Of a DNA stretch of 64,000 nucleotides, positions 23,688 to 36,653 are shown in pieces. The first letter of the stretch is position 1, and each line of letters starts with the position of its first letter. A program made the position numbers and the translations under genes. This DNA is from Hamiltosporidium tvaerminnensis FI-OER-3-3 (taxonomy: Eukaryota > Fungi > Microsporidia). The stretch lies in NCBI GenBank assembly GCA_022605425.2, contig CM061247.1, positions 310,001 through 374,000 of the forward strand, given 5' to 3'. The notes under the pieces are model-generated. The model was given only the letters and a program-made list of their open reading frames with translations, ran no database searches and had not been told where the DNA came from.

Positions 23688-26600
23688 ATGGGTAGAAAGA
23701 AAAATGTTAGCAGCGAAATATCGAATAATACCAAAATAAAGGCTGCAAACGACGCTGATGAGGTGAAAAAGAGTGATAGTGAGATACAAAATGTAAGCTA
23801 CACCCACCGGCGATTCCCCTACCTTCCTCCTCCTACACAACAATAACACCTCCACCACCAAGCCAAACATGCAGTAAAATGCAAAATAGTGGGCTTGACA
23901 CCTTACCTTCGCCTAATGCACCAGTTACCTCTTCGGTTGAAGTCTCTGCGTGCGAGCCATCGTACGACATGACAAGCCCCTGTACTCTAGCTATTCCGGA
24001 AGGTAACAGGCTAATGGCATTGCGGACGATATTCGATTCCGTAACAGCCGACCCGAAGGATGGCCTCGAATTGTTTTTGCGTACAGACAAGGTTTGAAAG
24101 AATGCCAAGAAATGGCTGGACGAGCTTCACAGGTACTATAATGAGAAATTCGGCTGCACTGAAACTCTCGAAGTGTTAAAAAATTGGCACAAAGTGAGAT
24201 GGGAAGGATGTAAAATCGAAGAGAATGGAGAGCGACGTAGAATCGCCACTTGTCTCGCTGATACTGCACCTTGACCGACACCACGGAGTACATAAACCTG
24301 AGAGATAAATTCTTGAGTAAAATCAAAGAAATCTCTGAGAACGAAATTGGAAAGTGGTGGTCCGAACTAGAAAACATCCAAATGAATTGGTTGATGTAAG
24401 TTCTGGATCTCATAAATCGAGTAGTCGGTGAATATGCAGGGCTCATGTACCTGAGTCAATTACGGAAGCCGCGTATATCTGCAAGCTGCGCGGTATGCTT
24501 GACGAGGCAACACGTAAGAGAAGCCTAGATCCGCTTGGAAGGAAAACATGAAGTAAAATTTCTAGTTAGTACTTTCCAAGATCTCCTCGAAGCTCGTAAG
24601 CGGAAAGCTCTCCACTTCGGAAACGAAGAGCCTTAAGAAAATCATGCGAGAGTTTAATTTAAACTTGAGCAGCGTAACTGATCTTTCTGAGGCTTTAGTT
24701 AAGAAGAATGAGTCTTTGAATGTTTACGGAAAAAATTACGATGCATGAAGTGGAAGCAATTCCGAAAGAGAATCGTATGTTTGAGCTTTTCCGAGGTCGA
24801 TTTTATCGTGGGTTATCCGAGCGTGTGGAATCCGAGCATGTGGTTAGCCGTGATGAAATTGTGAGTTTTTGGTCTACAATGTGGAACAAAATGATGACAC
24901 GTCACGTACGATGATTATTTGATTCCATTTGTATCGATAATCATCCGACCACGTTTCCTTCACTTGATGAATTTGTGAATATCATTAATTGGCTCCCTAA
25001 TTGGAAGCTGCTGGAATTGATGGTATTTACAATTTTTTATTAAGAACTTACAACTCTTCACAAATATCTTTATGATATTGTGAAAGTTATATGTTTAGAA
25101 GGACACCTCAGCTGATTGGTTTTACTGCGGGCTTACGTATTTGATACCGAAAGGAATTCCACGAGAGGCTCTGACTACAGGCCAATCACTTGTATGTCCA
25201 ACCTCTATAAGTTAACGACAAAGTGTGTAACGAAAGTCGTTCAACTTGAAGTGGAAAGGCGAGGGTTGCTTGCAGAGAACCAACTAGGGGCGGTAAAGGT
25301 GTGCGGGGCGAGAGCAGGCTCTACTGAATATTGCCTTAAATAAAGAGTATGGAAATAATCTTAAGGCAACATGGATTGATGTTAAAAAGCTTATGATTCA
25401 ATAGATCATGCTTATTTAACTCAATGCATTGAAAACCTTAATTTACCTGATTGGATCCTGAAATTTATTAAGGTAATTATATCAAAATGGAAAATTGATA
25501 TATCAGTAGGGCCTGAAAAATCATGAGCAAGAGATTGATGAGGGATTCTACAAGGAGATAGTCTGTCACCTTTGTTATTTGTGTTGTGTATGGATCCATT
25601 AGCCGAAAGCTTAATGAAAAATACCAAAGTGACGTACAACAGATGCGAATCCCATTCTACTAATCATCTCTTGTTTATTGATGATCTTAAGCTCCTTGCA
25701 AAGACAGCTCCACATTGAGTGCTATGACGGCGAGGCAAAGGAATTTTTAGAGGTGATTGGCTTGAGATTAACGGAAGTCGCCACAAATGATACGTGTTGT
25801 GAAGATACTGCTACTCTTCTGAAGGTGTTAGTGTTTACAAATATTTAGGAATAATAGAAGATAGCAGAGGAATCCCAACACGTAGCTCATTTGAAGAAGT
25901 ACAGAGCAACTTATATCAAGAGTTGAAAGACTTTGTCACACTAGATTAAATGCAAAAATTTATTTTCTGCAATCAATCAACATGCGATATCGTTAATCAA
26001 CTACCACATGGAGTACTTCGACTTGAACCGGCTGACTTCTCTAAGTTAGATGATGCAGTGCGTGCGGTGTTGGTTAAAAATAAGATACATCTCCGCCCGG
26101 ATGTAAAGAGCGGTTGTATCTTCCTAGACAGAACTTGGAAGAGGCCTACATAGTGTTGAGTTGCGAAGCGAACATATGCTTCTGCAACTCTTGGATTGTC
26201 TGGAAAAAAGTAAAGAAATATCAACTAGACGAGCAGCAATCCTCAAGGTGGAGAATAATAATAAAACCCATCTTGGACTAATAAAAGGCTTCTTAAAAGT
26301 AAAGTACAGGTTGGTAGAAGAAGTCACTAAGAAAAGTTTAGAAGAAGCTCAACTTGCAAAACTATATAACGAAATAGAAAAACGAAAACTCCATTCAAAG
26401 TTATATAATGCAAGAAAAAATGAGCTTGTGAGTGTTAGTGACTCTTCAAGATGGCTAAAGAGAGGAAATATTAGGCCACGAAATGAAGCTGTGTTCTGCT
26501 ATATCCAGGATAGAAATGTATTCTGGGGAGCAGATGGTGTGTGTCAACATTGCGGGAAGTCTGGTAAGACTGTGGATCATCTAGCAACTAGATGTGAAAA

Positions 26601-27421
26601 AATGCTAGGCCATGATTACATTAGACGGCATAATGAAGTGGTTAGATGCCTACACCTACTTCTTCTAAATAGATATAAGTTTAAATCTTCAAAACGAATA
26701 AGGAGCCACTCAGTTCAAGAAATTCTTGATAATGAGTATGCAGAGATAAGAGTGGACACCAGAATTAAAACTGATGTTAAAATTCGGAATAACAGACCGG
26801 ACATATTTATTTTAGATAAGAAGAAGAATAAGATAACACTCATTGAAGTAGGAATCACTTCCCAAGATTCACTTCAAATAGTTGAAACTGAAAAACTTAG
26901 GAAGTATGACCTGCTAGCCAATGAGTTGGGTCTTATTTATAGGTGTAGTGTTGAGATAATCCCTTATGTGATGACCTGGGACGGTATTGTGACAAAATAC
27001 CATAAATCTCATCTTAAAAGACTAGAAATACCCATGAATGTAGAAGCATACATTCAGTCTATAGTACTTAAAAAGACAGTCGAAACTATTTCCTTTGATC
27101 GACGAAGAGGACTTGAGTCAGGACTAAATGCCGAAGAGAGCTGGGAGAGAGCGTCAATGGGTGTTATTATGAGATCAGAGATGCATGAGGAACCAATACC
27201 CCCTTTAAAAGAAGCGAAAACAGAGGAAGATGGTGCCAAAAATTTTAAACCAAAATATAAAGCCCCCTTTATTTTACAAGGAGGAACCACTTTAGAGGAA
27301 CCGACCAATAACATAAATGAAGAGTCGGATTTGGAAGAAGAGACAAAAGTGGTCAAAGAGGTAAAAGAAAACATGTAAAAATGGTAAAAAATATTTTAAC
27401 CCAGAATTTTATTAAATAATG
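23688..27421 (+). mobile_element. Full-length R4/Dong-type non-LTR retrotransposon (RT + CCHC + restriction-like endonuclease)
   Basis: RT motifs DYRPITCMSNLYK, AYDSIDH, GILQGDSLSPLLF, LFIDDLKL and YKYLG occur in shifting frames. 16-17-bp TSD ttgtttcttagtttta(a) at 23672-23688 and 27422-27438. Confidence 0.92.
26161..27378 (+). CDS. Intact C-terminal part of the retrotransposon ORF (zinc knuckle + PD-(D/E)xK RLE)
   Basis: CQHC...TVDHLATRC, RHNEV, RPDIFILD...LIEVGI and EKLRKY. Confidence 0.9.
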   Translation: MRSEHMLLQLLDCLEKSKEISTRRAAILKVENNNKTHLGLIKGFLKVKYRLVEEVTKKSLEEAQLAKLYNEIEKRKLHSKLYNARKNELVSVSDSSRWLKRGNIRPRNEAVFCYIQDRNVFWGADGVCQHCGKSGKTVDHLATRCEKMLGHDYIRRHNEVVRCLHLLLLNRYKFKSSKRIRSHSVQEILDNEYAEIRVDTRIKTDVKIRNNRPDIFILDKKKNKITLIEVGITSQDSLQIVETEKLRKYDLLANELGLIYRCSVEIIPYVMTWDGIVTKYHKSHLKRLEIPMNVEAYIQSIVLKKTVETISFDRRRGLESGLNAEESWERASMGVIMRSEMHEEPIPPLKEAKTEEDGAKNFKPKYKAPFILQGGTTLEEPTNNINEESDLEEETKVVKEVKENM

Positions 27422-28331
27422 TTGTTTCTTAGTTTTAAATATTATATAGACGAAATAAGTAAGATCATTCATCAAACTTTGGTGAAGGTAAATATTTTAT
27501 AGATATAGTTTTTGAAATATCAAGAATAATCAAATTTCTTTATTACAGGCATAAACTCAGCCGCAGACGGTAGATGATTTAAACACAGCCTTAAAAATAC
27601 CATCAAAAAAAGAAAGCTGATGAATTTACAAAACCTTCCCTGGAGTTAGATGAAAGGACACTAAGCTCATAATATGAGAAAAATCAGTATAAGAAAGACT
27701 AATAATAAAAAATCATAAAAATAATAACCGAAATCCTAAAATTTTCTTTCTTGAAATAAATATTTAAAAAATGAAATTCAAGATATGCTTGTTTCTGTCT
27801 AAGCTGCTTTATTTTTGCTTAATACAATAAATTGCGGTTTTGTTCTATAAAAAGACAGTTAATTGTCCAAAATTCCGATTTAAAAACTTAAAAGATTCAA
27901 TTAATTTTGAAAATCTTTTTTAGACAAAGATTTCGTTTTATACTTTTTAAAGATTTTTATCTTGAAAGGAGGAAAATAGCATTTTCTGTTAGATTATTCT
28001 TCTCGTTGATCATTATTAGAATAAAAATCATTCAAAATCAAAAATTCAAAAACTTTAATAGTTATGCAATCACAATTTCCGGAACTTTAAATTCAAGATT
28101 CGTAATTTTTACAAAACCTTCTCTTTTTCTGCCAATCATAGTTTATTTTGGGTTAAATTCTCTGATAAAATACAATTTTCCTATAAGAATAATTTATATA
28201 GAATAGCTTCATCAAAATCATTACGAATATCGAAATTCAAGATACTAAAGATTACCTAAAGACGGTGAAATTTGCAGCTTTTTTAAAAAAATATATACAC
28301 GGTTCTAAAAAAATATAATCAGTTAAAATTT

Positions 28332-28490
28332 CTTACTTACTTACTTACTTACATACTTACTTACATACTTACTTACTTACATACTTACTTACTTACTTAC
28401 ATACTTACTTACTTACATACTTACTTACTTACATACTTATTCCGGTTCTCTGTTATTCTTCGGTGTCGAATATGAATAAATGGAAGTTTA
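28332..28490 (-). repeat. (CTTA/CATA)n microsatellite forming the expanded (TAAG)n tail of a short family C retro-fragment
   Basis: ~108 bp of cttacttacatac. The adjacent ttattcttcggtgtcgaatatgaa resembles the reverse complement of 37306-37362. Confidence 0.65.
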
Positions 28491-29429
28491 TTTTTGTTTC
28501 ATTTAATCCGTCGTAACACAGGTGTATAGGGGATTGGCCATAGATCAAGCTTGGTTTATATTTCACCAAAATGCCAGCAATCATGAATTTCGATTTCAGA
28601 CACATATTACCAAGAATATTGTTTCGAATGTGGTATTATTCCTCTCACCACAGTACAACTTCTAATTGAATAAGAACATATTTTTTTCAATCAAAAAAGT
28701 ATCAGTTTCGTCGAATAAGTAAACTATTTAAGGAATTTATAAATATAATTTGTTTGCGATTTATGATCTACACATAATTTGTGCTTCTGCTGGTTGATTC
28801 TTTTAAATGTGCCTTTTTGCTTTCAAATCCAATTTCGGGCAAAGAATATCAATAAAGTTTAAATTTCGAAATGCAATAATATTTCGACGAAGAATCTGTA
28901 CATTTATATCTTTTAATATAGAAGACTAAAAATAATTTTTAATAATTAATTTTGAAGGATAAATCTGTTAAAACACATCTCATCATGATAACTTTTTAGC
29001 TAATACTTTGAAACATAAGTCTTTAAAATAAAAAAATATAGAAATTGTATTTCTTCAAATGAACATAAAAAGTATTTTCGTTTCATGTCAATTGGTTCAA
29101 AACATAACCGGGATAAACGAATCTGCGAAGCGAATTCATTATTTGCAAATGTAAGGTTTTATATTTTAACCTTAAAAATATATTTACAACATTTAAATAT
29201 TTATTTTGTATTTTTGTATTTTTGAATTTTCTTTGACAGTATAAACATTATTCGTCTTCATTATGTTGTATTACACAATTTTGGCTAAAATTTAGAAAAA
29301 AAATGTATTAGACGTAATTATCACTTATCATATTATTCATCTCACCTATTTAATTACAAATTTCACAATTACTATAAAGAATTCTTAAAGATAATATGTA
29401 TATACGAAATGACTTAACGAATGCCTAGG

Positions 29430-29920
29430 CAGAAAAGTTACTCTCTTTTTCTCCCTAACGCAGCGGATTCAAACAAAAAGTTTTTAAGTATGGTTCAAAA
29501 CACTCTTATTGCATGTTGCAAGCGCTATTCTCTAACCGAAGAATAGAGTTTTTTAAGGGACTTATGTTACATTGATGGCTAGGAAAATTAATGCACGATT
29601 CATTTCCGAATCCTATTTTGTAAGCCATCTTAGACTTCCATATTATTCTTATATTGTTATAAAAGGCTTCATTTTGTTTAAATTCCTAATCAAACCTAAT
29701 TGATTATCTTGCTTTCTTCCGTGTTATTCTCGTCTTCTAAAATTGTTCGATAAAATTTCGATATCTTAGGTTGGAAGAAGAAATTCGTTTGTATGAATTA
29801 TAAGATTTAATTTAAGTTCTAATAAATCGCAACTAGTTCGAATAGTGAAATTAAATTCTTTACTTTTTGAAGCAAGCATGAAGCATATATAAGTTTAATT
29901 GACAAGGGTTGTTGTTTATC
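29430..29920 (-). mobile_element. Possible decayed IS630/Tc1-like transposase relic
   Basis: Minus-strand traces RRREITRKKAR and IGFGNESCINF (DES-like). Heavily broken. Confidence 0.3.
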
Positions 29921-30629
29921 AGTCGCTGTGATGAAAAACCGCGAAATTTTATGAAAAAAACGAATCGAAATAAAACGAAGCGCCAAATTTTAAAGGTAGT
30001 GGACTGTAGGTTAGCTGTATTTGATATTTTAAATAATATGTTTTATATAAAGAATCCAACATGTTATCATTGATATATTTTTTTAGAGGAAAATTTCCAA
30101 CAAGTTACGGCTATGCGTTTTTTTTAAAACAAAATGCATTCATAAGATTACTATTTCTCACTAGATCTCCTTGAAAAAAGTATATCAAGAAATTTGATAT
30201 TTATAGAAAATTCGATAAATTAATTATCCTCAAAGAATTTAAAAACCGAAATAAAGAATCCCGAAAGGTGTTAAATTGTCTAAAATATGATTACATGGGC
30301 TGCTATGCTTTAAAATTTCCAATGAATAACTAGTTTAAATTCCATTGAATTTGAATATATAATACCTATTTTCTGAACATTTGAAATCGAGTTTTGACAA
30401 ATTTTCGTTTTTTCTGTTCGAAACCACATTTCACTTTGAGAAAGATTTTAAGCTATTATATCTTAAAATACCTTTGTAAGTATATTATGATTCATAAGCA
30501 CTAAAATTATAGTTTTATATTTTACATGCAACGATGAATTTTATATGCACAAAAATTTTACAAAGTTGAGTTTGTTCATCCGAAAATTTATCAAGGTTTT
30601 TATTTATTTATATCAATTTCCATTTGTTT

Positions 30630-31340
30630 TGAGGGAGGAATATAAACAGATATAAAGCTATCCGCACACTAATGAAAAGACAAAATTGAAATATAAGATG
30701 ATTGTTTGAGTTTTTTGTGGGAAAAAAACCACACTAGATTTTCGGCTGGTCCATAAGATTTGTATGAGAAAAAGAAAATTTACATGTTGCAGAACCTTTT
30801 AAACAAACTTATATTTTGTTTTATGTAACAGAATATGACCGCGGCTAAACTTGTAGGTAATTTCGATTTAATTAAGAAAACCTAGCCTTGCTCATTCAGG
30901 AGATGAGAACTTGGCGCCCGGGAGATAGAAATAAACCATTTAAACCCAGAATCGCTAAATACCTGGTTATACTTATTAGTATGCCATTGAAATGTCTAGA
31001 TAAACTGCATTTAACCCGCCGAAATATATCTTAGGTCAAGGTCATTGCTTTCGTAAAGTGTAGAGTAAGTGGGAATGCTGCATAGTCTTGGGGGGGGGGG
31101 CCTGGAAAGGTTTCGGATTACGACCAAAAACCATGCAACGAGCATCAACGAACAGCGGGTAACTACCTCGCGAATTTATTAGGTTCTACACTTCTTTTAG
31201 ATAAAAGATTTGGAATATAGGTATCGTTTGACTAATTATGGGTTTAAGAATGCAGTTATTTATATATACTTAGAACTCCATTAATGTACAAAATTCATAT
31301 GTCACACTCACTTTTTTCTAAAACTTTGAAGGTTTTAAGT
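30630..31340 (+). repeat. Family A non-coding repeat, copy 3 (diverged)
   Basis: Shares aaacctagccttgctca, gaaatatatcttag, aaagtgtagagtaagtgggaatgctgcatagtcttggggg, aactacctcgc and ttaggttctacac in order with copy 2. Confidence 0.85.
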
Positions 31341-32298
31341 ATATACCAATTGCAGTAAAAACCAGATAATTCTTGTACATTTATACATCATTTCCAACGT
31401 CGTCTTATATATTCATTATAAATCACTATTTCTGACATTATATAACTTTAAAATCAATGATTACAACATTTGATATATACGGGTTCATACTGGACTGCTA
31501 AATGATCGATCTTTATATTTCATAACTTATTACATTAACGCCCTTGTTTTTAGTAAGGAACTAAAAAAGTAATTTTGCAGATATTGAAGAGAAATTCATA
31601 TTGTTTATATGTATAACTTAAAATAAAAGTATAAAAAGTTTATTTCATTTCTCAATAAATTTGTCTATCAAAGAAGATATTTGTATTTTAAATTTTTCAA
31701 AAATAGATTTCTCACATTGAGAACAAATAATGATTGATTTTTTCTACAAAATATTGTTTGACACGTTTTGGGTTGGTAAAAAAAATGTCGTAAGTTCAGA
31801 TATTTGGCTTGTATATGTTTCTATGGTTTTTGTTGTTCATGGACTTTTTGAAATTCTGCTGCAAGTTCTACTCCTAGCTAAAGCAAAAATTCTTGTTTCG
31901 ATATATATTTTTATGTTTTGCTTGTTCAAAATACAGGCCTATATACCAGCTTAATCAAAATATTGCAAAATACATAGAGTCGCTATCCGCAAGACTTAGA
32001 TTTTGTGGTATATCTCCTCGCGATTTGGGCAGCCAAATCCAAACCAAATTTAATATATTGTATGAGAGGGACTCAGGTAAATATTTATGATTACTTTCAA
32101 CCTTTATAATTTATATTTAAAAACAAAGTAAATGTGCCTTTTTAGATTTAATTTTTTAGCTTTAAAATAAATATTTTTTGTCTTGAATTTTTTTATGTAA
32201 TCTTTCAATATAGTTTTATTTTGCTTAAAAATACCTCGATTTTTTTGAAATTGTTGGTTCTAACCAATGTAATTATTTTTTTGGGTTGCATGCCTATA

Positions 32299-32540
32299 GA
32301 TTTTCCCCAGCAATCCGGGTGCAGAATTGGCTCGAAGTATTCCCTGCTTATCGTAAAAGGCGACTAAAAGGAAATAGTTCCCCAAATTAGGGATTGAGTG
32401 TAGGGCTAACAACCCACCCTCTAAACCAACTTGTTGAGAAACTTAAAAAAGCAAACGAACCTCTATTCGAAAAAGACTGGTGGGCAGCATTACTAAAGAG
32501 GCCAAGATCAGGGCAGAACTGTAGTGCCAAAGATGAATAA
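32299..32540 (+). mobile_element. Family B SINE-like element, copy 2
   Basis: Full-length colinear match to 6943-7186. Confidence 0.8.
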
Positions 32541-33899
32541 ATCGCTATGTATTTGCTCAAGAAGTAGCCTTCACCGAAAAATTCTACTCTAGATCTTGAT
32601 AGATCGTGAACCCAGATACAATATATTCAGAAAGTGATATCGAAAAAAATCTTTTCCTGTAATCTTATAGATATGAAAATGTATTTGCGATTATTCTGTT
32701 TTTTTAGACCAAAGCATGCCTAAATTAAATCGCAAAATTTCAAGTTTTCTGCATGTATTTTATAATTTTCGTTTGATTTTAGTCAGAAATAGTTTATGTT
32801 TATAGTAATATTAAAGCCAGGTTCTTAACATCTTTGGTAGGTATCAAGGAATTTATTCTAGATATAGACATTATAGCGAATTTGTGGTGGTAAGTATTAG
32901 TTTTACACATTATTTTAATTATCAAAAAAAATATATTGGAAAATTTTAGTAAAATTATTTTTACTGTAGTTTCTTAAAATATTAGCCTTTCGTGTTCCAT
33001 TCCACTAAGAAGAGACCTCAAAGTATTTAATTCACATTGCCTATTGCATAAAAACTGAAATGAATATATCAAATTTTTTTTGATATGAAGTTTAATCGGT
33101 TTCATAGAATCTCTTTTGTACTTATATTGCGCATGTTATTATATAGTTATTTAAATTTCAGGTAATTGCCAAAGAAACCAGGGAATTATCTTTACGTACT
33201 AAAATTTGATGTTTTGCACATCACATTGACCCTACTTCATCCTTTAAAATGTTATAAACCAGTGCTCATTACATGTACCACCATAGTTTATTCCATTACA
33301 AATAGATCTTTCAATAGCGATAGGCTATTCATTTTCTTATCGTTTTTTCAGCAATCGAGCCTTATCTGGTTTTTGTCTGTTTAGGATATATTTTCAAAAC
33401 TTTTCTCATAATCGTCCGTATCTAAACCTTTTAACACTTTTTCTAATAGAACATGGTCACTTACAACCAAAGGCTCTTCATTTGAGCGAAAATTGTTCAT
33501 CATCAAATTGCTAATACACTACTTCAGCTATCTTATTTAATCTGCTAGAAAGCTGTTTGGATTGTGTCAAAATTCTTCAGTGTAGAAAGAAATATATTAT
33601 CATCTGATGAAGGCTTATGGCTAAAAAATGATAATACAAAGTTTGAGTTACATTTATTTAGACGAAAACGCCATCTCATACTTAAAAATTTATTAGCTTT
33701 TATGAAATTTTAATTGGCAGAATTTTCTAACTAACTAACTAACCCCGCAAAAATTTATGCCAAATTTCAACAAATTGAATACAATATATTAAATACGCTT
33801 AAATGATAATTTATAATCAATTTCCGAACAAAATAATTCGTTGTTACCCGGTCATTTAACTGGTTGTGTATCTAGATACATCAAATATTATTCAAAATT

Positions 33900-34140
33900 C
33901 AATCATTCATTCTCGGAACTATAGCTCTGTACGAGTTTTTGCCTCCTTCAATAATACCGCCCACCGGTCTTTTTCCAGTGGATTTGCTTACTTTTTTGGG
34001 TTTCGTGACAAGGTGGTTTTATAAAGTGGGTTATTAGCCCTACGACCAACCCCAATATGGAGGACCGGTCCCTTTTAGTCGCCTCTTACGACAAGCAGAG
34101 AAAACTCCAAACCAATTCTGCTCCCGGCATAATGGGATAA
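33900..34140 (-). mobile_element. Family B SINE-like element, copy 3
   Basis: Reverse-complement match. TSD ttattcaaaatt (33888-33899) / ttatttaaaatt (34141-34152). Confidence 0.85.
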
Positions 34141-34800
34141 TTATTTAAAATTAACAAACTTAAATCAGAAGATAATAATTCAGCATTTATTGAAGATTGA
34201 TATTAGAAAAGGTCAGCATCAACCATTCAAACGTGCAAAAATATGAGATAATATACATATTTGGAATAGAAAAAAACAAAATCCAACCAAGGAACTGGTT
34301 ATGGTGTATTGGATGCTAAATGCAATTTACTAAGCCAAACCATTTCGTTGTTCCCTTTTATAATTTTTGAAAATAGGAAAATCAAAATTTCTTCAACGAA
34401 GGGCCGTATTTTTCTTTATATTTGTTGCCTTTATTTCTTTTTGTTCATCCCATTTGCTAATTTCAGAGTACTATTCTTTGTACATTATTGGTATATTCTT
34501 CGATTATAGTTTTTCGATTTCAATCCTCGCGTTTGCCTGTGTATACATCTTATTTTTAATTAGTGTGTAATGAAATGGAAGAGTTATGACTTTTTCTTGC
34601 CTTTTCGCACATTATACTTCAAATTGTATTATATTATTGAAAACAGATACAACACAGCAGCAATTGTTTAATAAGTAAAGTAGAAGAATTATATGAGTCG
34701 ATAAAAGAATTTTTATCTTATTAAACTTTTTTTGAGATACACAAAAAATTCAGGTGAATTAAAATATCACGCGAGTTAATTAAAAAAAATTAAAGGTTTC

Positions 34801-36348
34801 TTAAGAATAAATTATTATTTTATTGTCAAATGTAAAGTCTTCCTTTGAATTAAGCATTCCTCTCATTGTAATCCCAAATAGCATTTTATATTCGTTTTTA
34901 AAGCGCAAATTTATTTCAGCAAGCAATTTGCTTTCATCTTCGTCAGAATTATTGCAATTAGATTTAAGGTCTTGTGAAAACTTTTTATATCGCGATACAA
35001 GAAAATCTTTTTGTTTTAAGCAATTTTCAGATTCATATTGTTTGAAATCACTAAAAAATATATGAATTTCACAATTTTTCTTTGTTAAATATATTAAAGA
35101 GCATATATAATTAAGAAATATGAAATTTTCATTAATAAGTTTTCTAAAATCTGAAGAAACAAAATGAAGTTTCATAAATAAGTCTTCATCGATTTTAGAA
35201 ACTAAATTATCATTGCTCTCCTGAGCTTTCATTTTTTCAATATAGAATTGACAAAAAGCCTCAAAAGATTTTCTTACATCCAGTAAAATATAAATTCTAT
35301 TCCTATAATTATTAGAGTTCTTTGTATTTTTAATATTATTCCTTAAAAAAGAACCAAAATTTTTACCAATCTCCTCAGGATTAAATTCAGCATCAAGAAA
35401 TAAATGATTTTCAGTTGTTAAATTCCATGTTTCATCTACAAATTTCCTTTCATTTATGTATTCGTCTTCATCATAAGAAAGAATATATTTACTTAGAAAT
35501 GAATTAGAGGCAATGGTTTTTTCAAATATTAAATCAAAAACATGTTTAAAAAAATTTTCATCAAAAACAGTATTATTGCCTTCATAAAAAACATACTTGT
35601 CGGTTTTCTTAACATATTTAGATTTTAATTTATCAGTATCATTATCTTTGAAATATGACAACATATCCTGGTAATTCTCAAAATGCCTAAAAATTTTTTG
35701 AAGTATTAATTTCAAATCGTGCATCAAAATTGTCGATATAATTTTTATTTCACATGATTCTTCACTTCTCAAACTTAAAAAAAAGTAGTTGGTTAAACGA
35801 TTTTGTTCTAAATATCCTCTATAGTTTGGTAGATTATCTTCACAGTATTGAAATTTGGAATTCATGTTTTCTAAATCATTCTTGCTACTGACCTCATTTA
35901 TTAAGAATGAAAAAAATTGCAATCTTTTTTTATCCTTTTTATATCCACTCATAAAAATATTAATAATATGTTTTAAAAACACATTTATTCTTTTGAATAT
36001 AACTTCATTATATATTGTATCGATTGTAACACTTTGATTATTTGTTTTCAAAAAAATTTCGATTTCCTTTTCGAGTCTATCCCAGATCTGCTTTTTCATT
36101 ATATTTTTAGTGATGAATCTATTAAAACAAGACGAAAAATAATCATATAATTTAGCATACGATGCAGTATGAAATAATATTCGGTATATTTTAGATTCTT
36201 TGCAATTATATATCAAAAAATCATTAAAGTCAGGATCTGAGCAATCTCTATCATGGAGTAAAATATTTCTGCGATTTGAGCGTCTCGATCTTGGACCAAT
36301 TATGAATTTTTTATAAAATAGTGAAAATAATAGAAACCGTAAATCCAT
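34801..36348 (-). CDS. Lineage-specific hypothetical protein, possibly secreted
   Basis: 515-aa ORF with a hydrophobic N-terminus MDLRFLLFSLFY, then basic RSRRSNRR. TCC directly before the ATG. No recognised domain. Confidence 0.75.
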   Translation of the reverse strand: MDLRFLLFSLFYKKFIIGPRSRRSNRRNILLHDRDCSDPDFNDFLIYNCKESKIYRILFHTASYAKLYDYFSSCFNRFITKNIMKKQIWDRLEKEIEIFLKTNNQSVTIDTIYNEVIFKRINVFLKHIINIFMSGYKKDKKRLQFFSFLINEVSSKNDLENMNSKFQYCEDNLPNYRGYLEQNRLTNYFFLSLRSEESCEIKIISTILMHDLKLILQKIFRHFENYQDMLSYFKDNDTDKLKSKYVKKTDKYVFYEGNNTVFDENFFKHVFDLIFEKTIASNSFLSKYILSYDEDEYINERKFVDETWNLTTENHLFLDAEFNPEEIGKNFGSFLRNNIKNTKNSNNYRNRIYILLDVRKSFEAFCQFYIEKMKAQESNDNLVSKIDEDLFMKLHFVSSDFRKLINENFIFLNYICSLIYLTKKNCEIHIFFSDFKQYESENCLKQKDFLVSRYKKFSQDLKSNCNNSDEDESKLLAEINLRFKNEYKMLFGITMRGMLNSKEDFTFDNKIIIYS

Positions 36349-36653
36349 GGATTAATTAATTTCAGCATTTTTAAATATTTTTTTAATTAATGTGATTTTT
36401 CTTAAATTTTACTAATGTTTAATTAAATATTTGACTTTTTTTTTTATTTTTGATTTAATTTATCATTTATAGTAACGTATTTTTCTAATAAATTTAATTA
36501 ATACTATGGACATTTAAAATAATTTTTTTGATTGGTTTGAAATTTTAAAATTTTAGGAATAATTTTCTAAAAAAATCTAGTTACTTATTTTGTTTACCTA
36601 ATTATTGGAAGTTTTTATAACCTTTGCTTATTTATAATTCTATTAGATTTAAT

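Noticed and set aside
23755-23768. CTGATGAG..GAAA near the R4 5' end
   Set aside because: There is no room for stem II, it lies in coding frame (ADEVK), and it is not conserved in the other copies.
27546-27570. aactcagcc, identical to the twister 5' strand
   Set aside because: The downstream GCCGGTCCC...CCGG core is absent, and a 9-bp match is compatible with chance.
31058-31074. gtgtagagtaagtggga resembles a stretch of eukaryotic LSU rRNA
   Set aside because: The similarity does not extend on either side, so family A is not called as rRNA or rRNA-derived.
33595-33637. Hammerhead-like CTGATGA-aggc..ggct-aaaa inside the inverted repeat tattatcat/atgataata
   Set aside because: There is no GAAA, no helix III or cleavage triplet, stem II is imperfect, and no Penelope ORF is nearby.
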